Virus record (IMG/VR): IMGVR_UViG_2928125067_000001
Span: 2,187-66,186 of that record
Reading direction: 5' to 3' (one strand)
DNA from: a virus
DNA: 64,000 nt
The notes below the pieces were generated by a model. The model searched no databases, had not been told where the DNA came from, and saw nothing but the letters and a program-made list of their open reading frames with translations. Shown one piece after another: positions 34,762 to 43,918 of this stretch. The translations under genes were made by a program, and so were the position numbers. Each line of letters starts with the position of its first letter. Within the stretch, counting starts at the first letter, position 1.

Positions 34762-36141
34762 TTAGGCGCTGTGCTTTGCCCAGAACGCGCGATTGGCTTC
34801 GTTGCGCTCGGCTGCGGTCATGCGGGCGGCCGGCTGCGCGTCGCTCACGAGAATGCGCTTCGTGACGCGGCTGTTGTTCTGGGCCTTCGCGACCTCAGAG
34901 GCTCCCATGAAGGCGAGGTGGACGGCGGCCGGAGCCATGGCGCCGAAGTCGGGCGCGGTCTTCATGCCGAGCAGCACGGGGGCCATCTCGGCGTGATCGC
35001 GGTAGTAGTTCTTCAGAGCGGCACGCTTGTGCGCGGTGATGGCCGCGCCGCGCGCCTTGTCGTCTGTCAGGCTGTCGGCGGTCGCCATGCGCAGGCCGGG
35101 GGACAGGATCTCGGCACGAGCCGCGGTGTCGCGGAAGGCCGCGTCGGTGACAAGCTCCGGCTCAATCGGGCTCTCGACGGTCGGCTCTTCCTCGCCGAGC
35201 GTCGGATCCATCTCTTCGTCCTCGGTCTTCTTCTTGTCCTTGTCGTCTTCGTCGTCCTTGTCCTCGTCCTTGAACTTGGCGTCGAAGGCGTCCATCCGAC
35301 CGCGCAGGCCGTCCATCGTCTCCATGATCGGAGCGATGGCCTCGGCGACCGCCTGCTTGATGGTCTCCATCTGGTCGGGGGCGTTCTCGGTGGCCTCTTC
35401 CACGGCCGTCTCGATCGCCTCCTGGATCTCCTCGACGAAGGCCTCCGGATCGTTGTCGCGGAAAGCCTTGAAGGCGCGATCAAAGCAACGGGTCTTGCGA
35501 TCCATGGCCTTGGCGCGCACGGCGGGAACACGGCTCGGGGTGACGGGGGCGGTGGTCGTCATAGGTTCGCTCTCCTTGTCGCCGAAGGCGCAGACCGGCC
35601 CGCAGCGGCCCCGGTCGACAATGGCTAGATGGTTGCCGATGATGTTCGTCTGTTTCCCACGCCCAGCCTCAAGCCGAACGTAGTTGGCCTCATATCCGGC
35701 TGAGACCTGTCGCTTGCCGCTCTCAATGTCGGCGATGGCGTCCGCGCAGTAGATCAGCGCGTCTGCCAGCATGAGGTGGGATTGCCGCCCCTCGCCCCGC
35801 CGCACGTTGCGGATGACGCCGACGAGGTGCTCCCGGTAATTCTCAGGCCCGACCATGACGGTCGGGTGATCGTTGGTGATCGGAACCCCCTCGAACGAGG
35901 CGAGGGTTGCTGGGTCGAAGACGTCTTCCGGCTCGCGTTCTACGACCACATAGCCCATCGGGCCAGGCTCAACCGGGACCTCATTGGCCCGGTAATCCTG
36001 AGGACCGGTTCGCGCGATGGCGACATCATAGATCCAGAGGTAGCCCTGTGTGGTGCGTTCGCGCTTGCTGGTGAGCGCGACGGGGGTCGCGAATGTGAGC
36101 CGTGGGGGCTCGGCGAGAAGGTCAAGGAAGGCGTGGGGCAT
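34762..36141 (-). CDS. Head maturation protease/scaffold (DUF2213-like)
   Basis: T..GYL...IARTG...SFEG.PIT..HP...NHLAIV..GRCG..C. Confidence 0.9.
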   Translation of the reverse strand: MPHAFLDLLAEPPRLTFATPVALTSKRERTTQGYLWIYDVAIARTGPQDYRANEVPVEPGPMGYVVVEREPEDVFDPATLASFEGVPITNDHPTVMVGPENYREHLVGVIRNVRRGEGRQSHLMLADALIYCADAIADIESGKRQVSAGYEANYVRLEAGRGKQTNIIGNHLAIVDRGRCGPVCAFGDKESEPMTTTAPVTPSRVPAVRAKAMDRKTRCFDRAFKAFRDNDPEAFVEEIQEAIETAVEEATENAPDQMETIKQAVAEAIAPIMETMDGLRGRMDAFDAKFKDEDKDDEDDKDKKKTEDEEMDPTLGEEEPTVESPIEPELVTDAAFRDTAARAEILSPGLRMATADSLTDDKARGAAITAHKRAALKNYYRDHAEMAPVLLGMKTAPDFGAMAPAAVHLAFMGASEVAKAQNNSRVTKRILVSDAQPAARMTAAERNEANRAFWAKHSA

Positions 36142-36962
36142 TACGCCTCCGGAATGATCGGCTCCGGGTAGCACCGGCAGTTCCAGATACCGCCTGGCAA
36201 AGCGTGGTGCCCCGGGTCACACTCGGGAGGCTCGTCCCAGCGGAACGTCTGCCCGTTCAGCTTCTTGTGGCTCGGGCGGACGTCGCTATCGCCGGCCGTG
36301 CGCCAGATGAAATGCGTGGACCCAATGTGCTCGGCCCGCGCCTTTGTCAGCTCAGTTGCCGTGCGGCTAACCTCGGTCCGCGCAATCAACGTTGCCCGGC
36401 TCTTCGTGACCTCGCCCGTGCGAGCGATCTCCTCAGCAATGGCGTCTGCTCTGCGGCCTTCGCTGATGCCGGCGATCACGAGGTCATGCACGCGCTGACC
36501 TGCATCAGTCGGCAGCGACGTGATGAGCTTCACCTGAGAGGCCATCGCGGAGCGCATTGCCTCACCTGTCGGTGCGGTGGCAATCTCCCGCTTGAGCGCC
36601 TGCCCCATCTGTTGCGAGACCCGCACCCAAGCCCGCTCGTCTCGGGCCGCGACCTCCGTCACCATCCGCCGCGAGACCGCTTCAGCCCAAGGCGTCAGCG
36701 TGGCCGAGTAGCGCGCCATGACCGCCTGGAGCATCTGAGCGCCAGGAAGGTCCTGGATGTTGAACCCGTTGACGATATCGCCGATGTGCCCGGCAATCTT
36801 GCGAAGCTGGGCGGCATAAGTGCGTTCCAGCTTCTTTGCGCGAATGAACGCCGACTTGATGTCGACGCCCTCAAACCGATCTGCCGTGAAGCTACTGGAT
36901 CGGAGGCACGTCGGGCAGCCGTTCGTCCTTAGGCGGTAGTCGCGTCGGGGCGAGGCCTGCAT
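36141..36962 (-). CDS. Minor head protein (SPP1 gp7/Mu F-like)
   Basis: RA.LIARTE...W.T.GD..VR..H...NCRC. Confidence 0.9.
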   Translation of the reverse strand: MQASPRRDYRLRTNGCPTCLRSSSFTADRFEGVDIKSAFIRAKKLERTYAAQLRKIAGHIGDIVNGFNIQDLPGAQMLQAVMARYSATLTPWAEAVSRRMVTEVAARDERAWVRVSQQMGQALKREIATAPTGEAMRSAMASQVKLITSLPTDAGQRVHDLVIAGISEGRRADAIAEEIARTGEVTKSRATLIARTEVSRTATELTKARAEHIGSTHFIWRTAGDSDVRPSHKKLNGQTFRWDEPPECDPGHHALPGGIWNCRCYPEPIIPEA

Positions 36963-38373
36963 TGGTTTCCTCAGGGCCAGGCGGGTTCACGAGGTCGGTC
37001 TCGTTCGGAGGCGGCGGCTCGTTCTCAGCCTCCGTGATCTCTTCGTCCGTGATGTTCGTCCATACGCCGGTCTCTTCGGATTGCCCCTTGAGTTCCTTGA
37101 GCGTCGTTGCGTGGCTGGTAGTGCCCTGTGCCTCGGCAGAGAGGATCGTGCGGGTGTTGATTTCGCCGACCTCGGCCTTCTCCTTCGCGGAGAGCTGCCA
37201 TAGAGGCTCGAACTCGATGCCGAAGCCGTCTGGGACCCGAATGCCCAACTCCGAACGGCACAGCAGCTCATAGACCCGCTTGGTCCCGCCGCGAATGCGC
37301 GCATTCTGCTGGCTATTGATCCCGTCGTAGTAGGTGCGAAGATCTGCATCACCAGTCGAGAAGCCTGCCGGCGATTGACCGAACATGCGCACGAGCGGGA
37401 TATCAGCCGCGCCCGCGATCTGCTCCTCAAACCGAGCCAGAAGATCGGACAGACCCCCAAACTGGTAGGTCAGAGCCTCCATCTCGTCTTCCGCGTCCAT
37501 GAGGGTCATGCCCTCGGCGGACTGGTAGGCGCGCATGGCGTCGATCTGGGCCATCAGGCCTTTCTGAGCGGCGGCAGGTCCGCCCAGGATCTCGCGGAGC
37601 CCCTTGACCTTGTAGGTCCTGAGATAGGCCTTGTAGACGAGCTGCGCGGCGCCCGTGGTGGTGCTGTCGAACGCGACGAGGCGATCGTACAGCCGCTCCA
37701 CGACCGACATGCCCCAGAATTGCTCCGTCTGGCTCTGCCAGTAGGGGAGCTTCACGCCCTCCAGCCGGATCACCCGGCTATGGTGGATGCGCTCGCCCTG
37801 GAAGGCGGGAGCGTTCGCCGTGACGTCGTAGAATAGCGGCTTGCCGAGATTTGGGCCGAGTTCCGTGACGGTCTCGGTGAAGGACGGCTGGATCATCCAG
37901 CGATCAAGCGGGAGCAACCCGCGAAACTGGCCCTTGCCGATGGTGTTGAGGTTGAGCTTGGTCGACGGGTTCTGGCCGTCGATCAGGATGACGAGGATCG
38001 CACCACCGTAGAGGCGAGACCACTTGATGCCGTCCGCGAACTGATCCCAGATGCCCCAATTTCGGGCACCGTCATGGATCGCGTCGATCTGCTTCGGGTC
38101 GAGTGTCGAGGTGATCTTGACCCCGGCTCGGGTCATGTCCTCCGCGACGACGTCCACGACCTTGCCGACGATCCACGAGCCCCGATACATGAAGTCCAGC
38201 AACATGCGGTTGCGGGAGATCGGGTTGTAGCCGTAGGTGCTGCCGGAATGGATGTTCGCAGTGCCGACGCCGAGCCGGGCGACGACGTTCTGGTAGGTGT
38301 CGGCGGTGAAGGTCGGCTGTGAGCCTGCCTGCACCCTTATACGGCGCTTTGCAGGCGCGGGCGTGTCTGCCAT
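36892..38373 (-). CDS. Portal protein (DUF1073-like)
   Basis: DMTRAG; W.RLYGG; IH.SR; IP...FGQSP.G. Confidence 0.9.
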   Translation of the reverse strand: MADTPAPAKRRIRVQAGSQPTFTADTYQNVVARLGVGTANIHSGSTYGYNPISRNRMLLDFMYRGSWIVGKVVDVVAEDMTRAGVKITSTLDPKQIDAIHDGARNWGIWDQFADGIKWSRLYGGAILVILIDGQNPSTKLNLNTIGKGQFRGLLPLDRWMIQPSFTETVTELGPNLGKPLFYDVTANAPAFQGERIHHSRVIRLEGVKLPYWQSQTEQFWGMSVVERLYDRLVAFDSTTTGAAQLVYKAYLRTYKVKGLREILGGPAAAQKGLMAQIDAMRAYQSAEGMTLMDAEDEMEALTYQFGGLSDLLARFEEQIAGAADIPLVRMFGQSPAGFSTGDADLRTYYDGINSQQNARIRGGTKRVYELLCRSELGIRVPDGFGIEFEPLWQLSAKEKAEVGEINTRTILSAEAQGTTSHATTLKELKGQSEETGVWTNITDEEITEAENEPPPPNETDLVNPPGPEETNAGLAPTRLPPKDERLPDVPPIQ

Positions 38374-38374
38374 G

Positions 38375-39721
38375 TCATTCGCCCGCAAGCCTTGCGTAGA
38401 GTTCGACCATTGAGACGTGGTCGACCATCAACTCGGTGAGGCCCCATACACTCGCATCTGCCCGGTCGGGCGAACGGCTGCCTTGGTAGCCGGCGGTGGA
38501 GAAGTTGCACATCTGCTCCTCCATGTCCGGGAAGGCGCCGACGTGCGTGACCCTGCCTTGTTCGTAGAGCGCCGCAACCGGCTCAGCTCTGACCTTCTTG
38601 CCTCGTGAGGCGTGGACGAGCTTTACGGGTGCGTATTGGCTGGCCGTGCGAATGGTGCTCTCGACCATCGCGCCGCCGTAGTTCTGCTCGGCGACGATGT
38701 GGTCTGCACGCCAGTTCGTGAATGCGTTGACCGCGACACGCGCCCAGCCTTCCGGCGAGAAGCGCCCTGTCAGGTCGTCAAGGACATACCCCTGACCGTT
38801 GTAGTCCAAGCCGTTGACGACGATGCCGACCTCGTCGGACCGCTCATCCTCCGGGCCGGAGCAGCCAGACGGGTCGATGCTGACCACGATCCGTTGCATG
38901 CGCTCAATCAGCGCCTGTCGCTCTTCCTCGGTCCTCCAGCGCGCCTCGCGCTTCTTGTCGATCAGGTCCAGCGTCCAAAGCGCGCCGTCGACCTGAGCCA
39001 GAAATTCGCCGTAGAGGAAGCGCTTCCGATCCTTCTCCGGCAACGCTTGAAGCTGAGCAAGATACGTGTCGGGCAGGTTGGCGAGGTTATCGCCGGGGTT
39101 CATCTGCACCGATGCGTAACTGTCAGGATCCGCCAGCGCCTCGCCGCCCGTGGGCTCAATCTTCTGAAACCACAGCCGGTACGTCCAGTGGCTGACGCTC
39201 GGCGGGTTGCAGTCAACGTACTCCTTGAGCGCCAACCCCGATGTCTGAGCCAATCGCGTGACGGCCTTGTTCCGGGCCGAGTAGCTGATCTGGCTCGCCT
39301 CATTCAAAAAGATCGACGAGTGCTCCTGGCCGAGGATCTTGTCGGCACGTTCCTTGTCGTCCAGCCCGCCGTAGATGATCCGCGAGCCATTCGGCAGCTC
39401 GTGGAACCAATCGGTCTTGTCGAGGTGGAGCTTGAGGCCTGGGTAGCAGAGCGCGGCTACCTTCGGCACGGTGTCGAAAATAACCGAGTGCTTCAGGTGG
39501 TTGAACCGCTGCCTCAGAACCGCGTGCGTCGAACCCGGCGCCTTCAGCCCTCGGATGATGAGAGCCCGGCAAATCAGGAATGTCTTGCCTGACCGAGATC
39601 CGCCACGAAGCAGGATATGCCGCGCTTGGCTCGCGAGGATGCGATTGGCCGCGTCCTGCTTGTCGGTGAGGCTAAAGCTGGGCGTCCGTGCCGTTGATGA
39701 TGATACGGATAGGGCCGTCAT
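38375..39721 (-). CDS. terL: Terminase large subunit
   Basis: Walker A GGSRSGKT; FLNEA; nuclease DP...E.N.GG...DRADA; start uncertain. Confidence 0.92.
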   Translation of the reverse strand: MTALSVSSSTARTPSFSLTDKQDAANRILASQARHILLRGGSRSGKTFLICRALIIRGLKAPGSTHAVLRQRFNHLKHSVIFDTVPKVAALCYPGLKLHLDKTDWFHELPNGSRIIYGGLDDKERADKILGQEHSSIFLNEASQISYSARNKAVTRLAQTSGLALKEYVDCNPPSVSHWTYRLWFQKIEPTGGEALADPDSYASVQMNPGDNLANLPDTYLAQLQALPEKDRKRFLYGEFLAQVDGALWTLDLIDKKREARWRTEEERQALIERMQRIVVSIDPSGCSGPEDERSDEVGIVVNGLDYNGQGYVLDDLTGRFSPEGWARVAVNAFTNWRADHIVAEQNYGGAMVESTIRTASQYAPVKLVHASRGKKVRAEPVAALYEQGRVTHVGAFPDMEEQMCNFSTAGYQGSRSPDRADASVWGLTELMVDHVSMVELYARLAGE

Positions 39722-39956
39722 CGGGACCCTTGTGCTCAATCGCGGCTAGACGGGGGTGGACGTAAGGCGCAGCGTCCTTGGCGAAGGAAGCCGCGTCCTT
39801 CCACTCTCCCATCTCAGCGTGCTTGCGCATCGCCGTCAGCATGACCTCCAAAGGGGACATGCCTTCGTTGATCGCCTTGTCCGCGATCTCTCGGGTCTTC
39901 TGCGTCGTGGAGCCTGGCTTACGGCCAGCGCCCGTGCGCTTACCACCGTGGGCCAT
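39672..39956 (-). CDS. terS: Terminase small subunit
   Basis: GGKR.GAGRK.G...PLE.ML...AAPYVHPRL. Confidence 0.85.
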   Translation of the reverse strand: MAHGGKRTGAGRKPGSTTQKTREIADKAINEGMSPLEVMLTAMRKHAEMGEWKDAASFAKDAAPYVHPRLAAIEHKGPDDGPIRIIINGTDAQL

Positions 39957-39991
39957 CTTGATTGCTCTTGAATGATTTCAAGCGGCCTCGC

Positions 39992-40270
39992 TTAGGCCTT
40001 GTCGCCCTTGGCCGCGGCCCTCTTCTCGGTCACGGTCTCATGCGCTTCAGGAGCGTCTTCCGTGATCGGGGGTCCGGCTTCGGACTGCAGCATCGGATCG
40101 GGGGCATCGCCCGGGGCGGCCGTGCTCATGGCGCCGTCACCCATGTTGTTCACGAGGCCGCCAGCCATCTTGCCAGTCGGGTCGCTGGTAGCGGTCTCGG
40201 ACACGTTATGCGGGGCAGCCGGGTTGAGCGGGCTGTCGATGGCGCCAGTGCCGGGCTTCTCTTCGGTCAT
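39992..40270 (-). CDS. Low-complexity acidic protein
   Basis: RBS GGAGAG; 92 aa. Confidence 0.65.
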   Translation of the reverse strand: MTEEKPGTGAIDSPLNPAAPHNVSETATSDPTGKMAGGLVNNMGDGAMSTAAPGDAPDPMLQSEAGPPITEDAPEAHETVTEKRAAAKGDKA

Positions 40271-40293
40271 GGTCTTCTCTCCCTGAGATTGGC

Positions 40294-40707
40294 TTAGCGC
40301 TTCCGCTTCGTGGCGGCCGAGTCCTCGGTCGAGGCATCGCCATCAGCCGGGACGTAGTCGCCCGTGCTCTCGGTCGAAGCCGGCATGTCGCTGGACGAGG
40401 CAGGAGCGGCAGCGGCGGTCTCGGCCGAAGGGGAAGGCGCGGCAGGAGCCGGATCTGTCTCAGCGGCCGTCTCTGCGGCTGCTACGGGCATCTCACCCGT
40501 CGCCATGACGGTCGCGGTCTGGACGATGGCGTCCATGGAGGTGCGAAGATCGGACAGGAGCGGCATGGCAGCAGCCAGCTTCTCCTTGACCGTGCCCATG
40601 TCAGGGGCGGAATTGGCTTCCGCGAGAAGGTCGAGGCCCTTGGCGTGCTGCTCGGCGACATTGGCGCAGAGGCGGCTGAGGGCGATCTTGTGAGCGTCCT
40701 GCGTCAT
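40294..40707 (-). CDS. Hypothetical protein with disordered tail
   Basis: RBS AGGAG; 137 aa. Confidence 0.65.
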   Translation of the reverse strand: MTQDAHKIALSRLCANVAEQHAKGLDLLAEANSAPDMGTVKEKLAAAMPLLSDLRTSMDAIVQTATVMATGEMPVAAAETAAETDPAPAAPSPSAETAAAAPASSSDMPASTESTGDYVPADGDASTEDSAATKRKR

Positions 40708-40724
40708 GGATGGCTCCTGCCGGC

Positions 40725-40958
40725 CTACAATTGGTCGATGCGCTGGGCGAGGAAGCCGTCAGCACGGGCGAGGGTGTTGAGACGGAGGATGGCGGCGCCG
40801 ACGCTGTGGCGGACAGCGATGGGATCAGACTGAGCGATGCGGGCCAGATGCTGGCGATCGGTCAGGAGCGTGGGCTGTGTGGCTCGGCGAGGACCTGCAG
40901 CAGCAGCACGGGCAATGCGGGCATGGCTGAGGGAGATGAGCGTGTCGGTGGGGTGCAT
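40725..40958 (-). CDS. Hypothetical protein
   Basis: TGATG coupled to upstream gene. Confidence 0.5.
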   Translation of the reverse strand: MHPTDTLISLSHARIARAAAAGPRRATQPTLLTDRQHLARIAQSDPIAVRHSVGAAILRLNTLARADGFLAQRIDQL

Positions 40959-41122
40959 CAGAGCCGGCCTGTGAGCAGCAGGATCGCCAATACGACGACG
41001 AGCAGGCCACCGATGCCGAAGCCGTAGCCTGACCCATAGCCGCCATAACCAGGGCCGCCGTAGATGCCGCCGCCGAAAGCGCCAAGGATCAGCAAGATCA
41101 GGACGATCGTGACGAGGCTCAT
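40958..41122 (-). CDS. Small Gly-rich membrane protein (DUF3309-like)
   Basis: MSLVTIVLILLILGAFGGG...GIGGLLVVVLAILLLTGRL. Confidence 0.75.
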   Translation of the reverse strand: MSLVTIVLILLILGAFGGGIYGGPGYGGYGSGYGFGIGGLLVVVLAILLLTGRL

Positions 41123-41345
41123 GCCTTCGCTCCCGGCATGAGATCAAAGCCCGCGCAACCCCAGGCTGCGGAGAAGTGGCTCGGTAGGAGGAGCCAGGTC
41201 AGGACGGCGTCAGGGTTCGGCATTGTCAGAACCCTGCGGTCTCAGCGAGGATGGCAATCAGAGCACACACCAGCCCAGCCGAAGCGATCACAGCGCCGAG
41301 AGCGAAGCCGGACAGCGCAGGATGCTCAAGCATCCAGGCTTCCAT

Positions 41346-41522
41346 CAGGCGTGCTCGGCGACCTCGGACAAAATCTTATGCCCCGGCAGGCGCGCCCAAA
41401 CTTTCCTGCCGTCCATGTACTCCCGCTCGGCCTCAACGACAGCGAAGCCAAACCAACCTGTCCGGACACGAGTACGGCCCGTTGTGCGCCATCCGCCTGA
41501 GTTGAAGGGCTTGGCGGGCATC
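41346..41522 (-). CDS. Hypothetical 58-aa protein
   Basis: MPAKPFNSGGWRTTGRTRVRTGWFG..., coupled ORF chain. Confidence 0.45.
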
Positions 41523-41663
41523 AGATGATCTCCGCGGCTTCAGCCATCACCCGGCGCCGAATGCCGGGTAGCTCGATCTCTCCATCAACGACCTCGTCCC
41601 AATCATCGGGGAGGAGGTCGTCGGGGTCGCGGTCCAACCGGACGTCGCAGAGATCGTCTTCGT

Positions 41664-41882
41664 TCAACGACCGGCCTCGATCGCTTCCAACGCGGCCCTC
41701 AACTCAGCATGCCCGCGGAGGTGAGCGCTGATTGCCCTCTCCAATCGCTTACGGGCTTCACTGGCGGCGTTCGCGGCCTCGGATGAGGCTTGGGTGCCAA
41801 TTCCAAGCTTGCCCTCTCTCAGGGCTCGCAAATGGAAAATGTCGATTGCCGCAGCGATGTCGGCCGGGATGGTCTCGGGCAT
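41664..41882 (-). CDS. First gene of late operon, hypothetical
   Basis: 72 aa, directly after structured leader. Confidence 0.55.
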   Translation of the reverse strand: MPETIPADIAAAIDIFHLRALREGKLGIGTQASSEAANAASEARKRLERAISAHLRGHAELRAALEAIEAGR

Positions 41883-42208
41883 GAGAGGCTACCGGCTGAA
41901 GGCTTCGACGTGACCGTAATCGGCCCTGATCTAAGATCTGTGGGTGGCCGCCTACGCGGATTTCCGCGGCCGTTTAACCGACTGTCTAGAAGCGGTTCCT
42001 GGCCCTGGATTGGCCTCCCCGCATTCACACGTCGAACTGATTGCCCGAGCGCTGGGCGCTCAAGGGCGGAATTTGGGGGCAATACGACCGGTGGCCCGTC
42101 AAGCGGCTCCATGAGGGAGCGCTACGAGCACGCGACCGAGGGCGGCGGGGTATCCCCTCATGGCCCAGAGCGTGGAGGGCACTGCCCTTTACCCCACACA
42201 ACGTCGTG
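41883..42208 (-). ncRNA. Structured late-operon leader RNA (about 325 nt)
   Basis: Long-range stems 41904-41912/42028-42036 and 42109-42117/42155-42163 with internal hairpins; G.U pairs on minus strand. Confidence 0.55.
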
Positions 42209-42214
42209 CCGCGG

Positions 42215-42242
42215 ATTATAGAAGCACCTATCGCAATGTCAA
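42215..42242 (-). promoter_or_regulatory. Late promoter TTGACA-N16-TATAAT
   Basis: Exact sigma70 hexamers upstream of late operon. Confidence 0.85.
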
Positions 42243-42268
42243 GCATTGATAGGCGTTGTCTATGACTG

Positions 42269-42787
42269 TTAGCTGGATGCTGACCGGATCAGTTCCTTGC
42301 CGCGCGCGGTAGCATTCTCATTCGGAGTGACGAGAGCGGATCTTCCGTCCGGAGCGATGACATATGCCGGCATGCCGCCGAAGACCGCGGCGTCGATATC
42401 CATATGCACGCCGTCACGGTATGGGACCGCGTTCGCAAGGTCGCACGTCTCCCAGTTGCGACGTTCGCCGTTCACATTGGTGCGGCCGAGTTCAACGACC
42501 CCATGATTGGACCCAGGGTCATTGCGAACGTCATGTTGTGCGAGCGGAAAAACCATCTCGTAATGGCAGACAGCCGACCAATCACTCAGTTGCTCCCACC
42601 GCAATTGCAACCGAGGTGCGGGCAAGCTCGGCAGGCAAACGTCATCAGAAGTATCGTACCGGACTTTCAGTACCTTGCGCATCTCCTCTTGAGTCTGCCG
42701 TATGGCATCCATGGCGTTGCGCTTGAGCGCCTTAAACGCCGGCTTCAAAAGCTCATCAACCTCTTTGCTTAGTGTCGTGCGCGCCAT
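42269..42787 (-). CDS. Hypothetical moron protein
   Basis: RBS AGGAGG; lower GC; 172 aa. Confidence 0.7.
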   Translation of the reverse strand: MARTTLSKEVDELLKPAFKALKRNAMDAIRQTQEEMRKVLKVRYDTSDDVCLPSLPAPRLQLRWEQLSDWSAVCHYEMVFPLAQHDVRNDPGSNHGVVELGRTNVNGERRNWETCDLANAVPYRDGVHMDIDAAVFGGMPAYVIAPDGRSALVTPNENATARGKELIRSASS

Positions 42788-42812
42788 TTGTGCCTCCTGA
42801 GCCAAAATGCAG

Positions 42813-43655
42813 TTAGGCGCGACGAAGCGCAATCGGGGCTGCTCGCATCGGCCGATCTAGGTTCTCGACCGCCTCCAGCGACACCTCCATCAGTGCCATA
42901 CCGCCGAACACCGACGTCAGGATACGAAACCGCCCTCGCCCGTCGTTGTCGTTGTCCGCCGTACCGGTGGCGCCTGCGAACGGGCCTTCAGTGATTTGGA
43001 TGCGGTCCCCCTTAGCGACGGCCGGTAACGAGGCCAGACGCAGGGCTTCGGCAGTCCGCGCCTCCCGGAAGGCTATCAGGCTCTGCCGCTTGCGCTCGTC
43101 GAACCAACCTTCCCGCTCCTCGTCTGCCATGGGAGCGATGCCGCCGGGCTTGCCGTCAGCGGCGATGTAGCGGATCGGCATGGGGACGGGGTAGCCGTTG
43201 TTGCCGAGACAGGACAGCACCCCGGCCGGGGATGATGGCTGATGGCGCGGCTTGATCGTCGGACCCCAGGCGTCCGGAAGAACGGGGTACTCCACACCGG
43301 CCGCATCGGTTCGCCACTCGGGATGCGGGAGATGAGCGAACACGTAGCCACGGAACATCGGCCGCTGCAGTTCGGTCAAGCAAAGGTCCCTGCCTTTCCG
43401 ACGCCGCTCCCAGTACGTCTCTGTCGGGACGTAGCTGGGAACGCCGGCCTCGCTGAGAGCGTCCTGGCAGCGGTACTCGCCCTGCGGCACGGTGATGAGG
43501 CAATACCAGCCCTTGCCGACCTCCTTCTCGATCACAGGCGCCGTGCGGCGCTCGTCGTGCTCAAGCGGGATCTCGTTGGCCTTGGCCTTGGCCTTCGGCT
43601 GGTTGTCGTTGTCCGGCTTTGAGCCGAGGTGCTTGCCGAACAGTCGGGCGCCCAT
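42813..43655 (-). CDS. NusG-family antitermination protein
   Basis: NGN: WY...PMFRGYVF; KOW: GDRIQITEGPFAG. Confidence 0.88.
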   Translation of the reverse strand: MGARLFGKHLGSKPDNDNQPKAKAKANEIPLEHDERRTAPVIEKEVGKGWYCLITVPQGEYRCQDALSEAGVPSYVPTETYWERRRKGRDLCLTELQRPMFRGYVFAHLPHPEWRTDAAGVEYPVLPDAWGPTIKPRHQPSSPAGVLSCLGNNGYPVPMPIRYIAADGKPGGIAPMADEEREGWFDERKRQSLIAFREARTAEALRLASLPAVAKGDRIQITEGPFAGATGTADNDNDGRGRFRILTSVFGGMALMEVSLEAVENLDRPMRAAPIALRRA

Positions 43656-43659
43656 CAGT

Positions 43660-43833
43660 CTACTCCGCTGCGTGCTGTTGCTGGATCTTGGCGCCGACGT
43701 ACCAGTGCCAGCGAGGGGCCTGGATGCGGGCTTTCGGCCGGGAGAAATCGTTGGCCGGGCCCCAGACAAGTTCATCCGGGTTCGCCCCTATGGAGAGGCA
43801 GTAGGCGCGGGCGTTTCGCTCCTGCGGGGTCAC
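43660..43833 (-). CDS. Hypothetical 57-aa protein
   Basis: GTGA coupled; ARAYC...G.NPD...PRW..Y. Confidence 0.45.
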   Translation of the reverse strand: MTPQERNARAYCLSIGANPDELVWGPANDFSRPKARIQAPRWHWYVGAKIQQQHAAE

Positions 43834-43918
43834 GCTCTCACCTCATCCGTCTGAGTGGATTTCGCTTTGGCTTCCGCTTCTCTCAGGTGAGAGAGAGCTT
43901 GAAGACGGTCAGGGATCG

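Noticed and set aside
36892-38373. Anti-CBASS function for the DUF1073-like protein
   Set aside because: Position and motifs fit a portal; no phosphodiesterase motifs recognised.
11688-39592. Long + strand ORFs (e.g. 11688-13307, 28562-30169, 33016-34719, 38612-39592)
   Set aside because: Antisense shadows of GC-rich structural genes; no motifs or RBS.
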